A DNA stretch of 63,064 nucleotides, the filler included, from Chiloscyllium plagiosum (Eukaryota): the NCBI RefSeq assembly GCF_004010195.1. It is 6 parts of 2 records of this genome, joined end to end, with 100 filler letters (N's around TTAATTAATTAA, not from the genome) between each part and the next. Parts side by side here need not be neighbours in the genome. Positions count along the whole stretch, not along the records: positions 57,270 to 63,064 come from NC_057717.1; 5 more parts are not named here. The stretch is one strand, 5' to 3'. How positions within the stretch are numbered: the stretch's first letter is position 1; each line of letters begins with the position of its first letter. A program made the position numbers and the translations under genes. The notes under the pieces were generated by a model that was given only the letters and a program-made list of their open reading frames with translations, searched no databases and had not been told where the DNA came from. Positions 61,966 to 63,064 of the stretch are shown in pieces.

Positions 61966-62311
61966 GCAGAAAGTTCTTTGTGGTTCTTCACACGGAAAGT
62001 TTCCGTTTGAGGAACATTTTCCTGCCCCCATTAGAAACAAGAAACCCTGCAGCAGAGAAAACAGATGCTTTAACATCAACGATCGCTGTCGCCTTTGGAG
62101 GTCTTGAACCACCAGCCTTTTATTTAACGGTCTAATACGCAGAAAGTTCTTTGTGGTTCTTCACACGGAAAGTTTCCGTTTGAGGAACATTTTCCTGCCC
62201 CCATTAGAAACAAGAAACCCTGCAGCTGAGAAAACAGATGCTTTAACAACAACGATCGCTGTCACCTTTGGAGGACTTGAACGACCAGCCTTTCATTTAA
62301 CGGTCTAATAC
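61966..62311. repeat. 173-bp tandem duplication
   Basis: GCAGAAAGTTCTTTGTGG..CGGTCTAATAC at 61966 and 62139, few mismatches. Confidence 0.95.
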
Positions 62312-63064
62312 GCTGAAACTTCCAACTTAAAACTTTGCCCGGACTTCAGTCTGTCCTTCCCAGACCGAGAAGTGTCCTCTTATCAGTTTTATTTTTCCAG
62401 AATAACGTCTGGAGCACTCATTATGGATGCATGGGAACATCCTTATCCCATCCACGACAGACACACCCATGTCACTGAGCACCAGCTCTCCTCTAACTGG
62501 GACCATATCCATTCAAGCCTCCTAGTCCCTTGTGTGGTCCCGAGTTTTTTCATTGTCCCGGAGTCTAGATGAGGTTTGTATTTGTCATGTACTGGAACGA
62601 GAATTATTTCAATATCTTAGATCAGTTCATGTCCCGAGAACATCAAAGTTAATGCTCTGTCCTCTTAAAGAAATGGAAGCTATCTTGTCTGTCTCTGCTC
62701 ATTCGGGCAGTTCACACTTCTTCATTCTCCGTGGATTTCACTTCTTACGGAGTTTCTGAGGATTCACAATGTTGGAGACTGGGTTATAAGGTTTGCCTCA
62801 TTAACATGTTTTCCACCTGCCAATTGATAATATTTTCCCAAAATCTCTTTAACCCTCCTCTGCCTTGCACCATGTCCAGGGTCGAGATTTACTAGCATTT
62901 GGAGAGATTCCCGAGGTTTTCTTTGGAGCCAAGAGAGTTAACTGAAGATGTTCTCCAGCTGTTTATCTTGATAGGGGAAGGAGCTGTGGGGATTGGTACA
63001 TTGACGAGCAGGAGGAAATATTGTCACTGAACAGGATCAGTGTCCAGAGGACTGTGATTGAAGG

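Noticed and set aside
61655..62107. 150-aa plus-strand ORF
   Set aside because: Crosses LTR R/U5, a SINE remnant and a tandem duplication; a chance ORF

Overview
A draft-assembly window of non-coding vertebrate DNA, probably from a cartilaginous fish. The basis is HE1-type V-SINEs plus CR1, Penelope and satellite families I recognise as shark-type; no database search was run. No intact host protein-coding gene can be supported. Almost everything is retroelement-derived. (i) A plus-strand class I ERV ('ERV-A', ~3.6-12.6 kb) has a tRNA-His-like PBS, gag/RNase H/env remnants, a nested solo LTR, SINEs and a CR1; its U5-PBS-leader occurs three times. (ii) A minus-strand Ty3/Gypsy element (26.2-31.4 kb) has its gag split by a 3.4-kb 23-bp minisatellite. 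(iii) There are two minus-strand HERV-I-like ERV remnants (35.5-40.2 kb with env; 57.6-59.9 kb pol). (iv) There are many CR1, L2-like and Penelope fragments, several with hammerhead-ribozyme-like cores, including small fold-back insertions with target-site duplications. (v) A ~1-kb promoter-like cassette is duplicated in divergent orientation at ~16 kb and ~22.5 kb, with the protein-coding LTR elements on each side lying antisense to it (speculative piRNA-cluster-like architecture). N-gaps and artificial TTAATTAATTAA linkers limit all long-range conclusions.
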